In this document: positions 19,553-30,138 of the stretch, piece by piece | How positions within the stretch are numbered: position 1 is the first letter of the stretch | Layout: every line of letters starts with the position of its first letter | NCBI GenBank assembly: GCA_965216875.1 | Contig: OZ244207.1 | Span: 672,001 to 736,000 of the forward strand | Direction: 5' to 3' | Origin: Rubripirellula sp. | GTDB taxonomy: Bacteria; Planctomycetota; Planctomycetia; Pirellulales; Pirellulaceae | Length of the DNA stretch: 64,000 nucleotides | Translations under genes and position numbers: made by a program | Notes under the pieces: generated by a model | Told to the model about the DNA's origin: nothing | Database searches by the model: none | The model's input: the letters and a program-made list of their open reading frames with translations, nothing else

Positions 19553-20419
19553 CTACAGTTGGTCGATGGCGTTGGGGATTTGATCGAGCGTGACCAGGAC
19601 CGCCACTTGGTGAGGCGTTGAGTCCGCACTGACTCCGCCGAGCATGTTCTTAGCCAATCCTTCCAAGGGGGACCCGCCGGCAATCAAGAAGGCATCTCCT
19701 TCGCTGCCGATGATCTCGAGATCAAGCTGCTCGAGCGGCCACGTTTCGCGCCGCGAATCGATACGTACTGCCGACTCGCTGCTGACCCAATTGCGTCGTG
19801 CATGACCATGCTGAATCTCGGGCCGAAAGCGAATACGGACGCTCCCGGATTGCTTGCCCGGTTCGGCCGTGAGTGCGAAAAGGTATTGTGGGTTGCTTAG
19901 TGTGCGGCCAATCGTTTCGCCGTTGAGGCGAATCAATGGAACTTCATCACCTTCGACCGGCTTCTTCAACGGCAACTCATAGCGCCGACCAAACCGGATC
20001 GGAATTCGCATATCACCTTGAGCCGCATCACTTGCGATCGAAGCCTGCTCGAGAAAATCGTCGACAACATCTTGTGTGACTCGCAGCGATTCCAGCCGCG
20101 ATTGCAAACGCGGCAAGCTCACCGCTTTGCCAACACGAAGACCATTGTCGGCCAAACTCTGCCGAGCTCGCGTGTCGATCGAGGTCTCATCCACCCACTG
20201 CCAAATCGATGCAGCCTTGTCGGCATCGCCATCGGACATCTCAATCGGAATGAACTGGACGCTCAGAATCACCGACTTGGGGTTTTCGCGAACGGCCGGC
20301 AAGCTCGTTTCACTCAACTCACCCCGTTGTCTCCACTGCGCGCACCCGAGCACCCATGGCGCTACCAAAAGTGGCACCACTAGCATTGCCGTGCGGAATG
20401 AACGGGGAATTCGCAACAA
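19553..20419 (-). CDS. Hypothetical lipoprotein
   Basis: 288-aa ORF with a basic N-terminus, hydrophobic stretch and lipobox-like VLGC. Confidence 0.75.
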   Translation of the reverse strand: MLRIPRSFRTAMLVVPLLVAPWVLGCAQWRQRGELSETSLPAVRENPKSVILSVQFIPIEMSDGDADKAASIWQWVDETSIDTRARQSLADNGLRVGKAVSLPRLQSRLESLRVTQDVVDDFLEQASIASDAAQGDMRIPIRFGRRYELPLKKPVEGDEVPLIRLNGETIGRTLSNPQYLFALTAEPGKQSGSVRIRFRPEIQHGHARRNWVSSESAVRIDSRRETWPLEQLDLEIIGSEGDAFLIAGGSPLEGLAKNMLGGVSADSTPHQVAVLVTLDQIPNAIDQL

Positions 20420-20790
20420 ATCGTTTCCTATTTCGCGTTGGCCGAACGCTACGAATTCACTGCATCACACGTCAAGAACGGTTTAAAACGCGCTTCACGT
20501 CCGCATCGAACCTCGCCGGTTTGCTAGCAACCGCGGAAATTCGCTCTTTTGCGAAAATGCAGACTTCGACTAAAGTTCTCGCCATATCCCGTGAAACAGG
20601 TTGGTGACTCGCTGGTGCAAAACCCAGTGGCATGACAGCCCGGTTTCGGTAACGCGATCGTAAGGAAGCGGTTGGTCTTTATGGACCAATCATCGATCGG
20701 CATGACCGCAAGCCAAGGCACTGACAGCGAGCACCGCAAAAGGAATTGTCAGACGACGACTTGTCTGATTGGCCAAGGAGGAGCCAGACC

Positions 20791-23700
20791 ATGTTGTTGG
20801 ATCGCATCGATATCGACGCCCATGGACCCTTACAACGAGTTGAATTGGGCCCGTTCTCGGAACACTTGAATGTGGTTTGTGGGCCGGAGGGTGCGGGTAA
20901 GACCGCGATCGCTCGGTTTGTCCGCGATACCCTCGTGAGTCGCCAATACCCACTTGGCATGATGAGCTCGTCCAGCGGACGCGTCGTTTGGATGGACGGC
21001 AATGGTTTGGTGCAGTGTCTTCGCGAACAAGATGGTACGCGAACCGGCCGAACGACCATTGACTTCCAACCGCGAGGCGACTTCTCCGACACTTACCGAT
21101 CACTGACCGGATCATGGTTGTCGAAATCTGACGCCGCTAATCAAACCGACCAGGCTCGCGCGCTCGCCGCACTTCAGTGGCCCGAAGCACTTGTCGACAG
21201 CGTGATCACGGACACCGCTGTAACGAATCTTGGCCGAGTCGTTTCGGCATGCTTGTCGAGCGGACTCGATGCTCCCGAGACCTACAAAGCGTTGCCACTC
21301 GATCATGAGCTTTACCGTTATAGCGACGCGCTGGAATTGCATGAAGAAACTCCGGGGCGCGATCGTCGTCGCCTGCGAGACGAACTCGCGGATGTGGAAG
21401 CCGAAATTGGACGAATTGAAGCATCCGATGTCGACTACCAGCGATTGGTCCGTCGTCGCGATGAATTGACCAGCCGCCTGTCATCATCATCGGCACGATA
21501 CGAAAACCTACGGGGGGCGGAATCGTTGCGTGCTCGCCTGACCCACCTTTGCGAACTTGCTCGCGATCTCAGGGCGCGTCAAAGCGATTTGCGTCAGCGT
21601 CATGACAGCTATTACGTCGGTGCCGCGAACCAAGGTCGACTCGACGATGCCGACGCACAACTGAGCGGTTGGCGTCGAACGCTTTCCGAGATTCGTGCGC
21701 TCCGTGAAGCCTTGTTGACTGGCTCAGATCCAATCGGCTGGTACCGAACTCACGAGGAAGACGCAATCTTGCGCCGGCAACGGCTCGACGGTCTGTTGCA
21801 TTGGACCGATCGATACGAACGGGGCGGTGCTTGGAACGAAGGCGACGCCGGTCGCTACAATGAAGTGCGCCGCAGAATTGACTCGGCAACTGATCACATC
21901 GACTGGTTGCTAAAGCGATACGCATCAGCCGATTCGGTGAGTCGAAATTGGTACGACAACCTTCCAGCCTCGGCCAGTTATCGTTCGACGACGACCTTGG
22001 GTGACACGCTTCGCGCGATCCGCACCGACCTCACACAGGTTCGCCAAGCCGCCGGGCGCCCTGCGATTGACCAAGCCCGCGCCACGCAGCTCGACGACCT
22101 TCGAAGGTGCGAGTATTGGTTGACCGCAGCCATTGAACAGCTTGGACACTACCGCGATTCCCTGCGTCGGGATCTTCCCGGTCGCTATCGATCGTCGTTG
22201 ACCGATGTCCCACGTGACCGCGAACTGCGTCAAGTTACAGCCGACTTGGACACGTGCCTCGCCGAAGCGGCTGACATCCGTCGCCGCCTTCGCATGCACG
22301 ACGACGCCACTGTTTCAACGTCGTCGACTTGGGTCGATCGTGATGCCGTCGATGCCGAGATTCGATCGATCGATCGTAGGCTCGCTTCGCTATCGCGGCT
22401 GCAGTGGCTCAAGACACGTCGAAGTAAATTGCTTTCTGAAATTGGCGTAGGACGCAAAGTGCGCTGGGCCAGCCCGCTCGCAGAAGCGGCGAGCCGTTGG
22501 CTCACACGTTTGTCTGCGGGCCGATTGCGTCGTGTCGAGTGGAGCAAAGACGCCGGCGGAAACCTAAGCCAACACGATCGTCGTCACAGCGTTTCGATTG
22601 ACGGACGTCAGGAACACGAATGTGTCGCGACCGACCGCGCCTTGGCCGTGCTGGCCGTCCGCATGGCCGCTGGCGATCTGCTTGCCGCGACGGGCCGCCC
22701 GGCACCGCTGCTGCTGGAAACTCACCGCGAATTGTTGACGGCATCGGCTTCGGACGCGCATGTCGACCCGGTGACACAAGAGTACTATCAAGCCGGCTCG
22801 CTCGGACGACTCAACCACCCGATCGCCGCTGCATTGCACGATTACACGCGTGGCGGTCGTCAAGTCATTGTGCTGACCAGTAGCGAGGCGTTGACCGAGC
22901 AGCTCGCAAGAGCCCACAGTCGCGTCTTCCGCATTCACGCTCAACCCATCGTCCATGCTCATCGGCCCGTATGGCAGCCACAGTATGAGAACGAGCATTA
23001 CGTGGGCCCTCATCCACATACCTATGGCGAATACACCGTGGCCGATTTGGGATCGCGTCCCGTGTCGGACATCAATCGTGACTTTGATGTTGCTTGGCGT
23101 GAAGCCAACGGCTTCAACGACTCGCCCGTTGCAGTCGGCAATCGAGACCATGTGCGAACCGACCTGCCACCGGCCGGCACTCAGTACCGTGATGGTTACT
23201 ACTACGCCAATACCTACAGTACGGTCACGAGCGAGGGGCAAGACGGTTCGGCGTTCGGAAGTGCTTCCCCAGCCAACAGCGTGCAGGCATCGTCATCGAC
23301 AGCGCCAACACATGCGTCGCTTCGCAACACAGTGGTCGAGTCGCCGTTCTACCTGACCGTTGACAGTCCCATTGATCAGGCTCCCTCGGTCGATGCCGTT
23401 GCAGCGGCTCGCTTGCGAGGATTGAAAGTCACTCACATCAATCACTTGATGCAACAAGACTCCAATCGCCTCGCGGACGCGTTGGGATTGCACAGTGTTG
23501 ACGCGGCGACCGTGCGTCGTTGGCAAGCCGAGTGTCGTTTGGCATGCCGCGTGCCCAACCTGCGTGGTTTTGACGCCCGTGTATTGGTCGGTTGTGGTGT
23601 TACCGACCCAGCCCAATTGGCCGCGATTCATCCAGTTGACTTGCTGCAAGAAGTGGAAGCGTTTCTCGCGACTTCGCGGGGTCAACAAATCCTGCAGAGT

Positions 23701-24624
23701 GGCACCAGTCAAGAGCTCTCGCGAATCACCAGTTGGATCGCTGCGGCGAATAGTTCACCGGCGGAACGTGAAGCGATTGAAAAGCGTAACCGCCGAGCGA
23801 ATTTCCTGGGAAGTCGTTCGGGAGCGTTCGCTGGATTTGATAGTGACCGCTACGAATACTCTGGCGATTCGGACGACAACGACCGCGAAAGCCAAAGTGG
23901 CCAACGCCGTCGCCGCCGCACATCGTCGGCAAACGGTCGCTCCGAGCGTTCAAGTGAGAAACGCCAGCGTGGCTCGCGCCGGTCGGGGCGGTCGACCTCG
24001 CAACGATCCCACTCGCGTTCGGGAAGCTCGCTTCGATCGAGTCGTCGCAACAACGATCGTCACTCGCAAAGCGAACGTGCCGAGCGTGAACGTCGCGAGC
24101 ACGTTCGTTATGAACAGGACGACGACCAACAAGAATCAACCTCGCACGCTAGCCAGCAGGAAAACTCGGCAGACCAGCCTCGAGAATTGCGATTCTATTT
24201 GCAACGTGATCGTGATGTTGTCGACGCACCTTCGATTGGTGCTCGCATGGCCGAACGACTGCAAGCCGTTGGAATCGAAACCGTCAACGATCTGCTAACG
24301 GCCGATGCCGAATCGATCGCCGAGCAACTTGATCACCGCCGAGTGGACGCCGACACCGTCACGGCATGGCAGCAACAAGCGGAACTCGTCTGTCGTGTTC
24401 CGATGCTGCGTGGTCATGACGCTCAACTGTTGGTGCTGGGCGAAGTCACCTCGCCCGAAGAGTTGGCGCAGTGGAGTCCCGATGAACTCTTTGGCATGAT
24501 CGATGGGATCAGCCAGAGCAAGGAAGGACGGCGCATCATTCGCGGCGGCAACGATCCCGATCTCGAGGAAGTGACCAGCTGGATTCAAAACGCGCACCAC
24601 ACGCGCGAACTGCGAGCCGCCTAG
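20791..24624 (+). CDS. YhaN/SMC-like AAA protein with two C-terminal DUF4332 domains
   Basis: ATG 20791 follows AAGGAGGAG. IDIDAHGPL...LNVVCGPEGAGKT Walker A, coiled coils, and two copies of FYL...APS(V/I)...RL...G...WQ...L.CRVP.LRG.DA..LV. Confidence 0.85.
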   Translation: MLLDRIDIDAHGPLQRVELGPFSEHLNVVCGPEGAGKTAIARFVRDTLVSRQYPLGMMSSSSGRVVWMDGNGLVQCLREQDGTRTGRTTIDFQPRGDFSDTYRSLTGSWLSKSDAANQTDQARALAALQWPEALVDSVITDTAVTNLGRVVSACLSSGLDAPETYKALPLDHELYRYSDALELHEETPGRDRRRLRDELADVEAEIGRIEASDVDYQRLVRRRDELTSRLSSSSARYENLRGAESLRARLTHLCELARDLRARQSDLRQRHDSYYVGAANQGRLDDADAQLSGWRRTLSEIRALREALLTGSDPIGWYRTHEEDAILRRQRLDGLLHWTDRYERGGAWNEGDAGRYNEVRRRIDSATDHIDWLLKRYASADSVSRNWYDNLPASASYRSTTTLGDTLRAIRTDLTQVRQAAGRPAIDQARATQLDDLRRCEYWLTAAIEQLGHYRDSLRRDLPGRYRSSLTDVPRDRELRQVTADLDTCLAEAADIRRRLRMHDDATVSTSSTWVDRDAVDAEIRSIDRRLASLSRLQWLKTRRSKLLSEIGVGRKVRWASPLAEAASRWLTRLSAGRLRRVEWSKDAGGNLSQHDRRHSVSIDGRQEHECVATDRALAVLAVRMAAGDLLAATGRPAPLLLETHRELLTASASDAHVDPVTQEYYQAGSLGRLNHPIAAALHDYTRGGRQVIVLTSSEALTEQLARAHSRVFRIHAQPIVHAHRPVWQPQYENEHYVGPHPHTYGEYTVADLGSRPVSDINRDFDVAWREANGFNDSPVAVGNRDHVRTDLPPAGTQYRDGYYYANTYSTVTSEGQDGSAFGSASPANSVQASSSTAPTHASLRNTVVESPFYLTVDSPIDQAPSVDAVAAARLRGLKVTHINHLMQQDSNRLADALGLHSVDAATVRRWQAECRLACRVPNLRGFDARVLVGCGVTDPAQLAAIHPVDLLQEVEAFLATSRGQQILQSGTSQELSRITSWIAAANSSPAEREAIEKRNRRANFLGSRSGAFAGFDSDRYEYSGDSDDNDRESQSGQRRRRRTSSANGRSERSSEKRQRGSRRSGRSTSQRSHSRSGSSLRSSRRNNDRHSQSERAERERREHVRYEQDDDQQESTSHASQQENSADQPRELRFYLQRDRDVVDAPSIGARMAERLQAVGIETVNDLLTADAESIAEQLDHRRVDADTVTAWQQQAELVCRVPMLRGHDAQLLVLGEVTSPEELAQWSPDELFGMIDGISQSKEGRRIIRGGNDPDLEEVTSWIQNAHHTRELRAA

Positions 24625-24869
24625 TCGGGCGCGAAGAAGTGTTCACACCTGTCTCCTAACATTTTACCAGTTGCGATTCTTGTTTCGCAAAAGAGAACAA
24701 GAATTGCGCTGCCTATGCGGCGCATGCGTTCAGCTACCATTTGGTGGTTGGCATGGCGTAGAATGACGGGTGTAAGGCAATGCAACGCGTGAACCTGGTT
24801 CTTGCAACGTCCTGGAATGCAATGGATGACGCAAAGAACGCTGAGACTTCCCAGGCGATGCGTCCCCAA

Positions 24870-24924
24870 ACGTAGTGGACGAGGCAACGAGTCCCGAAGA
24901 CGTAGTGGACGAGGCAACGAGTCC
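24870..24924 (+). repeat. Two direct copies of a GTAG-REP-like hairpin (30-bp period)
   Basis: ACGTAGTGGACGAGGCAACGAGTCC at 24870 and 24900. Confidence 0.85.
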
Positions 24925-25013
24925 TGAGAACGTGGTCCTGAACCTCAGCAAAACCGGCCGCGCGTGAATGACGCTGGTTGGGGCGTTTGTTGGACGAACG
25001 AAGGCTCCGGCAG

Positions 25014-26834
25014 ATGCGTGGGAACGAGGAAAAGGGACCGCGATCACAGGCAGCTGTGATTCGCACCACAGCTGCGATTGCGCTGTGCATTTGCGGTTTC
25101 GCTACCGATCTCCTTCTCGAACAGCCCATCCTGGCGCTGACGCCTGTTCTTTGTGGTGTGGCGATTGCCGTACCGTTGCCGCGTGCAAGTTTCGCCGTTG
25201 TGGTTGTCATTGCTGCATTGGCCATCGTGATCCCAGGATTCTGGGACACCGAAGGCGGACAATGGCTTCCTAGGATGGTTGCCGGAGTCGGCCTTGGATT
25301 CACAGCGATCGCGACGATCCTAGCGCCCGACGTTCACCCGGTCGAGACGTTCAGCCTGGATGATGAAACCGACGGACTGGATGAGTATGAAGAGCCGTCG
25401 ACGCTGATTCGTGCTGATGGTCACGGCGAAAATCTGGCTCAAACATCAAACGACTTTGATTATGACTTTCTTGTTGAACAACAGGACGTTGGTCTCGGCG
25501 ATGCCGAAGTCATGCTGCGGCGGCTTCGCAACTCGGGGCGTTTCGATGACGATCAATTGCAGCTGATCGAAACCGAGTTGCGAGCGGTTGCGACCAAGCC
25601 ACACTCGCTTGAATCTGGTGACCAAGTTGGGGAATTCGTCGTCGAGGGGCCGCTCGGACGTGGCGGAGTGGGGGACGTGTATCGCGGACGCGATCGCCAA
25701 AGTGGCCAGCCGGCCGCGATCAAAATCCTGCACAACGTTCGCGTGGGTGATCGCTTCCGTCGCGAAATGGAAATGGTGCAACAACTTGCTCACCCCAACA
25801 TCGTGACTGCCTATGACGTCGGCGAACATGATGGCGTGCAGTACATCGCCATGGAACTGCTCAACGGTCCGGATCTGAATGTATGGGTCAACGATCACGG
25901 GCCGCTCGATTGCATGACCTCGGCGCGCTACATCCTTCAGATTGCTCGCGCGCTGGGACATGCCCATCGACGCGACTTAGTGCATCGTGACATCAAACCG
26001 GGCAACATCATCCTCAATGGCGATGACATGGTGAAGCTGGTCGACCTTGGACTTGCAGTCATGCCAGTCAAAGGGGCGCTTGGCGATGTTAATCAGGAAA
26101 CGAAAGAGGGGCACCTTGCTGGAACGCTCGCCTACATGGCCCCCGAACAAGCTCGCTCGCTTTCGTCGGCCAACGCAACCTCCGATATCTACGGTCTCGG
26201 TGCGACGTGGTACTTCTTGCTGACGGGCCGACCACGCCTACGCGGCCAGAGCTTCAACCAACAATTCGAAAACCTGCTGATCAAACGACGTTTCAATGCG
26301 TTGCCCGAGGATTGCCTGCCTGAGAGTTTGGAAAGGGTTTACCGTAGGATGGTTGCTTACAATCCTGGGCGGCGCTACCAACACTGCGGCGAATTGACCG
26401 CAGAACTCGAAGAAGCACTGGTGATCGAGGGCGAATCGGTTTCGCCGAATGAGATCCGTGTGTTGGTTGTTGAAGACAGCAAGACCGACATGCTGTTGAC
26501 CATCGAGACGCTGCGCCGCGCCAACGGCAGTCTCGAAATTCACCAAGCGAAAACACTGCAAGAGGGAATCGACGTGATGGGTTCGCGTCCGATCGACCTG
26601 GTGCTGCTCGATTTGACGCTGCCCGACAGTATCGGCGTCGAGACGGTGACGACGTTTCGCGAGGCGGCCCCCAAAGTCCCTCTCGTCGTCCTCACGGGAC
26701 TGTCCGAAGTCGAAATGGCGACCGCCTGCCTCGAAGCGGGGGCCAGCGGATTTGTTTCCAAAGCGGGGCTGAATGTGCACAAAATGGAACGCGCCATTTT
26801 TGTCACACTGTCGCGATGCGGCGTTGCCGGATAG
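25014..26834 (+). CDS. Membrane-anchored Hanks-type Ser/Thr kinase with C-terminal receiver domain
   Basis: N-terminal TM helices; LGRGGVGDVY, AAIK, HRDIKPGN, DLGLA, GTLAYMAPEQ, SDIYGLG; receiver VLVVEDS...LVLLDLTLPD. Start uncertain (ATG 25014 or TTG 24978). Confidence 0.9.
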   Translation: MRGNEEKGPRSQAAVIRTTAAIALCICGFATDLLLEQPILALTPVLCGVAIAVPLPRASFAVVVVIAALAIVIPGFWDTEGGQWLPRMVAGVGLGFTAIATILAPDVHPVETFSLDDETDGLDEYEEPSTLIRADGHGENLAQTSNDFDYDFLVEQQDVGLGDAEVMLRRLRNSGRFDDDQLQLIETELRAVATKPHSLESGDQVGEFVVEGPLGRGGVGDVYRGRDRQSGQPAAIKILHNVRVGDRFRREMEMVQQLAHPNIVTAYDVGEHDGVQYIAMELLNGPDLNVWVNDHGPLDCMTSARYILQIARALGHAHRRDLVHRDIKPGNIILNGDDMVKLVDLGLAVMPVKGALGDVNQETKEGHLAGTLAYMAPEQARSLSSANATSDIYGLGATWYFLLTGRPRLRGQSFNQQFENLLIKRRFNALPEDCLPESLERVYRRMVAYNPGRRYQHCGELTAELEEALVIEGESVSPNEIRVLVVEDSKTDMLLTIETLRRANGSLEIHQAKTLQEGIDVMGSRPIDLVLLDLTLPDSIGVETVTTFREAAPKVPLVVLTGLSEVEMATACLEAGASGFVSKAGLNVHKMERAIFVTLSRCGVAG

Positions 26835-27000
26835 TCGCCCTACGCTCTCTTGCTGCCGCTCCAAACGGCCCGCGGAATTAGCTACACTGTCGCCCTGTTG
26901 CGATGCGAGGGATGTCATTTTCCCCTAGTGTGTCTTCGAGCACCTTCGCAGCTCCATCCAAAACCTCTCCCCTGTTACGCGACAATCGGGTTTTCCGAAC

Positions 27001-28956
27001 ATGACCGACGCTTCTTCTGGCCAAATCGACCACGTCCTGATCGAAGATCGAAAATTCCCGCCACCGCCGGAATTCACCGCCAAGGCGGTCTTTTCGACGA
27101 TGCAACAGTACGAGGAGATGTACCAGCGGGCCGTCAATGATCGAGACGGTTTCTGGAAGGAACAGGCACTCGAGCACCTTCATTGGTTCGAACCGTTTGG
27201 GGAAGTTTGCAAGTGGAATGCCCCCAACGCCGAGTGGTTCGTCGGTGGCAAGACCAACGCCAGCTACAACTGCCTCGATCGACACATTGACCAAGGCAAC
27301 GGCGACAAGGTCGCGATCATCTGGGAAGGTGAACCTGGAGACACACGCACGTTGACCTATGCCGAACTTCAAAAGGAAGTTTGCAAGTGCGCCGAGGGGC
27401 TCAAGCAATTGGGCATCGGTTTGGGTGACGTTGTCAGTATCTACATGCCGATGACGCCGGAACTGGCCATCGCGATGCTGGCCTGTGCACGCATCGGTGC
27501 GATTCACTCGGTGATCTTCGCTGGCTTCAGCGCCGAATCGATCGCCGATCGATGCAACGACGCGGAGGCGAAGCTGATCATCACCTCGGATGGCCTGCAC
27601 CGCCGCGGCAAAGTTCTGCCGCTCAAAGAAACCGTCGATGAAGCACTTGCCAAATCGCCAACTGTTCAGCATTGCTTGGTTCTTAAACGCGTTGGTAACG
27701 ACGCGCCGATGACCGATGGCCGTGACGTCTGGTGGCACGACGTCGTCGACGGACAACCGGGCGAGTTGCCTGCCGAACCGCTCGACAGCGAAACGACTTT
27801 GTTCATCCTGTACACCTCCGGGAGCACTGGAAAACCAAAAGGGATTCGCCACACCACCGCGGGCTACAACCTGTGGGCAAAACGAACCTTCCAGTGGGTC
27901 TTTGACCATCGCGATGACGATGTCTACTGGTGCACAGCCGACTGCGGTTGGATCACCGGTCACAGCTACATTGTCTACGGGCCACTCGCAGCCGGCGCGA
28001 CTTGCTTGATGTACGAAGGTGCTCCGAACCATCCCGCCGAAGACCGTTTTTGGGACCTCGTCGAAAAGTACAAAGTCACCATCCTGTACACCGCTCCGAC
28101 GGCCATTCGTGCATTCATCAAATGGGGCGACGAACATGTCGACAAGCACGACCTGTCGAGTTTGCGATTGCTCGGTAGCGTCGGCGAAGGCATCAACCCC
28201 GAAGCATGGATGTGGTACCACGAAAAGATTGGCGGCGAAAAATGCCCGATCGTTGACACGTGGTGGCAGACCGAAACCGGTGGAATCATGATGAGCCCCC
28301 TGCCGGGGATCACCGAGACCAAGCCTGGTTCCTGCACGCGTCCCCTTCCGGGCGTCGTACCAAAGATCCTGGACGAGTCGGGAACAGCGGTTGAGCAAAA
28401 CAACGGTGGAATGCTTTGCATCAGCGAACCCTGGCCAGGAATGTTACGCGGCATTTGGGGTGATGACCAACGATTCGTCGACCAATACTGGTCGACCATC
28501 GAAGGGATGTATTTGACCGGCGACAATGCTCGTCAGGACGAAGACGGATACTACTGGATCATGGGGCGAATCGATGACGTGATCAACGTATCGGGGCACC
28601 GCCTGAGTACCATTGAAGTCGAGAGTGCCCTCTGCAGTCACGATGCTGTCTGTGAAGCAGCCGTTGTCGGACGTCCTCACGATCTGAAAGGCCAAGCGAT
28701 CGCAGCGTTTGTCACCATTCGCGATCGAGAACCTGACGAAGAGTTCCGCAAGGAACTGAAACAACACGTTCGCAAACAAATCGGCGCGCTGGCACAACCA
28801 GATGACTTGAGATTCACTGCCGCATTGCCCAAAACACGAAGCGGTAAAATCATGCGGCGTCTGTTGCGCGACATCGCATCGGGACGCGAAGTTGGCGGCG
28901 ACACGTCAACGCTCGAAGACTACTCCGTCCTGGCCAAGTTAAGCGACGAAGATTAG
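27001..28956 (+). CDS. acs: Acetate--CoA ligase
   Basis: [60 protein letters not shown]. Confidence 0.98.
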   Translation: MTDASSGQIDHVLIEDRKFPPPPEFTAKAVFSTMQQYEEMYQRAVNDRDGFWKEQALEHLHWFEPFGEVCKWNAPNAEWFVGGKTNASYNCLDRHIDQGNGDKVAIIWEGEPGDTRTLTYAELQKEVCKCAEGLKQLGIGLGDVVSIYMPMTPELAIAMLACARIGAIHSVIFAGFSAESIADRCNDAEAKLIITSDGLHRRGKVLPLKETVDEALAKSPTVQHCLVLKRVGNDAPMTDGRDVWWHDVVDGQPGELPAEPLDSETTLFILYTSGSTGKPKGIRHTTAGYNLWAKRTFQWVFDHRDDDVYWCTADCGWITGHSYIVYGPLAAGATCLMYEGAPNHPAEDRFWDLVEKYKVTILYTAPTAIRAFIKWGDEHVDKHDLSSLRLLGSVGEGINPEAWMWYHEKIGGEKCPIVDTWWQTETGGIMMSPLPGITETKPGSCTRPLPGVVPKILDESGTAVEQNNGGMLCISEPWPGMLRGIWGDDQRFVDQYWSTIEGMYLTGDNARQDEDGYYWIMGRIDDVINVSGHRLSTIEVESALCSHDAVCEAAVVGRPHDLKGQAIAAFVTIRDREPDEEFRKELKQHVRKQIGALAQPDDLRFTAALPKTRSGKIMRRLLRDIASGREVGGDTSTLEDYSVLAKLSDED

Positions 28957-28977
28957 TCGCCAAGGCACAACCCTCTC

Positions 28978-29025
28978 CTCGTTCCCACGCTCCGCGTGGG
29001 AACGCCCCACGGACGCTCCGCGTCC
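28978..29025. repeat. REP-like double hairpin
   Basis: CGTTCCCACGCTCCGCGTGGGAACG followed by GGACGCTCCGCGTCC; related copy at 18557. Confidence 0.8.
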
Positions 29026-29121
29026 CAGTTCCAACCTGGCTGGGGGTGAGGGAGCTGCACGCGCATCTCCACACACGCACTACGCGGCCTCGACTTTTCG
29101 CGGTTCTTAAGGAATCCTCTG

Positions 29122-29161
29122 TGCCGGATCTGCGTCGCTGTCGCTCCTTGATCCGGCCTAC
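29122..29161 (-). repeat. GTAG-type REP element
   Basis: TGCCGGATCTGCGTCGCTGTCGCTCCTTGATCCGGCCTAC; copies at 60279 and, inverted, at 3291. Confidence 0.85.
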
Positions 29162-29178
29162 ACGAAGAGTGAATCCTG

Positions 29179-29889
29179 TTAGAAGAAGAAGTTGATTCCG
29201 AGGATGTGGTTCATTTCGTCGGTTCCGCCTCGGCGGGCCGAGTATTGGTTGAGGTAGCCGACCTCGGTGCGGACCGGTGCGTTGGGGGTTCTTTTGTAGC
29301 CGAAGCCGATGAAGGCTCGGTTTTGGTCGAAGCCTGTGTTCGCGCCCCAGTCGGTGTCGTTGAGGTGGATGAAGACTTCGTCCCACACCACAAACGACCA
29401 CTGAGGACAGCGACTGAGGATGCGCTGGCCTCGCGCAAACTGACGCCAACGCAGACCAACGTCGTCGCCCGTCTCGACCCAACGCTGCTCAAACCGACTG
29501 CGGTGTTGAAAACGCCAGTCGCCGATCGAACGTGTCATTGTCCATTGTTGCCAAAAACGATGCTCGTCAAAGTCGGCGCCCACAACTGGTGACGTCCGAA
29601 TCCAACCGTACCCGGCCCACAACGTATGTTCCTTGGACAACGCATAACCCAAACCTGGCCGGACAATGCTCTGGTTGAATCCGTTGCTGTCGTCACGCAT
29701 TCGATAATGCCCGTCGAACCACCATCGCAGGGGCGAGCCGTCGTGAAGTGAGTTGAATTTTCCGTTGCCCAATGCAGCCAGCCAAAGGCCGGTGTCGTCA
29801 ACCGTTTCCGCTGCGGCCGGACGCGCGGTGCCGATGCCCAACGCGATGAGTAGCAGTGCCAACGAGATTGCTCGAACCATCCTGCTCAT
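29179..29889 (-). CDS. DUF2490 family outer-membrane beta-barrel-like protein
   Basis: Signal peptide, RPGLGY, EHRFWQQ, RSRFEQRW, FDQNRAFIGFG, EVGYLNQY, terminal Phe. Confidence 0.85.
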   Translation of the reverse strand: MSRMVRAISLALLLIALGIGTARPAAAETVDDTGLWLAALGNGKFNSLHDGSPLRWWFDGHYRMRDDSNGFNQSIVRPGLGYALSKEHTLWAGYGWIRTSPVVGADFDEHRFWQQWTMTRSIGDWRFQHRSRFEQRWVETGDDVGLRWRQFARGQRILSRCPQWSFVVWDEVFIHLNDTDWGANTGFDQNRAFIGFGYKRTPNAPVRTEVGYLNQYSARRGGTDEMNHILGINFFF

Positions 29890-30068
29890 CCTTGGGAATT
29901 CGTAGCGATGTGGGTGTTTGCTTTATGAGTCCGTCTTCGGTCGTGAATCGACCATTGCACGACGCGGTATGAACGGAGGGGAGTTTAGAGACCTCGAAAG
30001 CACCGCGAGTTGGAGCAGGTGTAGTGACAATGACGGTTGTGCCGCGATTGAGAGAGGCCGATCTCTCA

Positions 30069-30121
30069 GTAGGTCATGCTCCGCATGACAGTCCGAATGT
30101 GTCATGCACAGCATGACCTAC
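30069..30121. repeat. REPIN-like inverted doublet (GTAGGTCATGC family)
   Basis: GTAGGTCATGCTCCGCATGAC...GTCATGCACAGCATGACCTAC; second copy at 31433-31486, half copy at 19536-19556. Confidence 0.9.
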
Positions 30122-30138
30122 TTGTGAAGCCAGTGGCG

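Noticed and set aside
26878..28398. 506-aa antisense ORF, and similar shadows at 5820-6686, 14264-15298, 34989-36062, 48323-49309 and 52792-53778
   Set aside because: They lie opposite well-supported genes and carry no recognisable motifs; this is expected from codon bias in GC-rich DNA.
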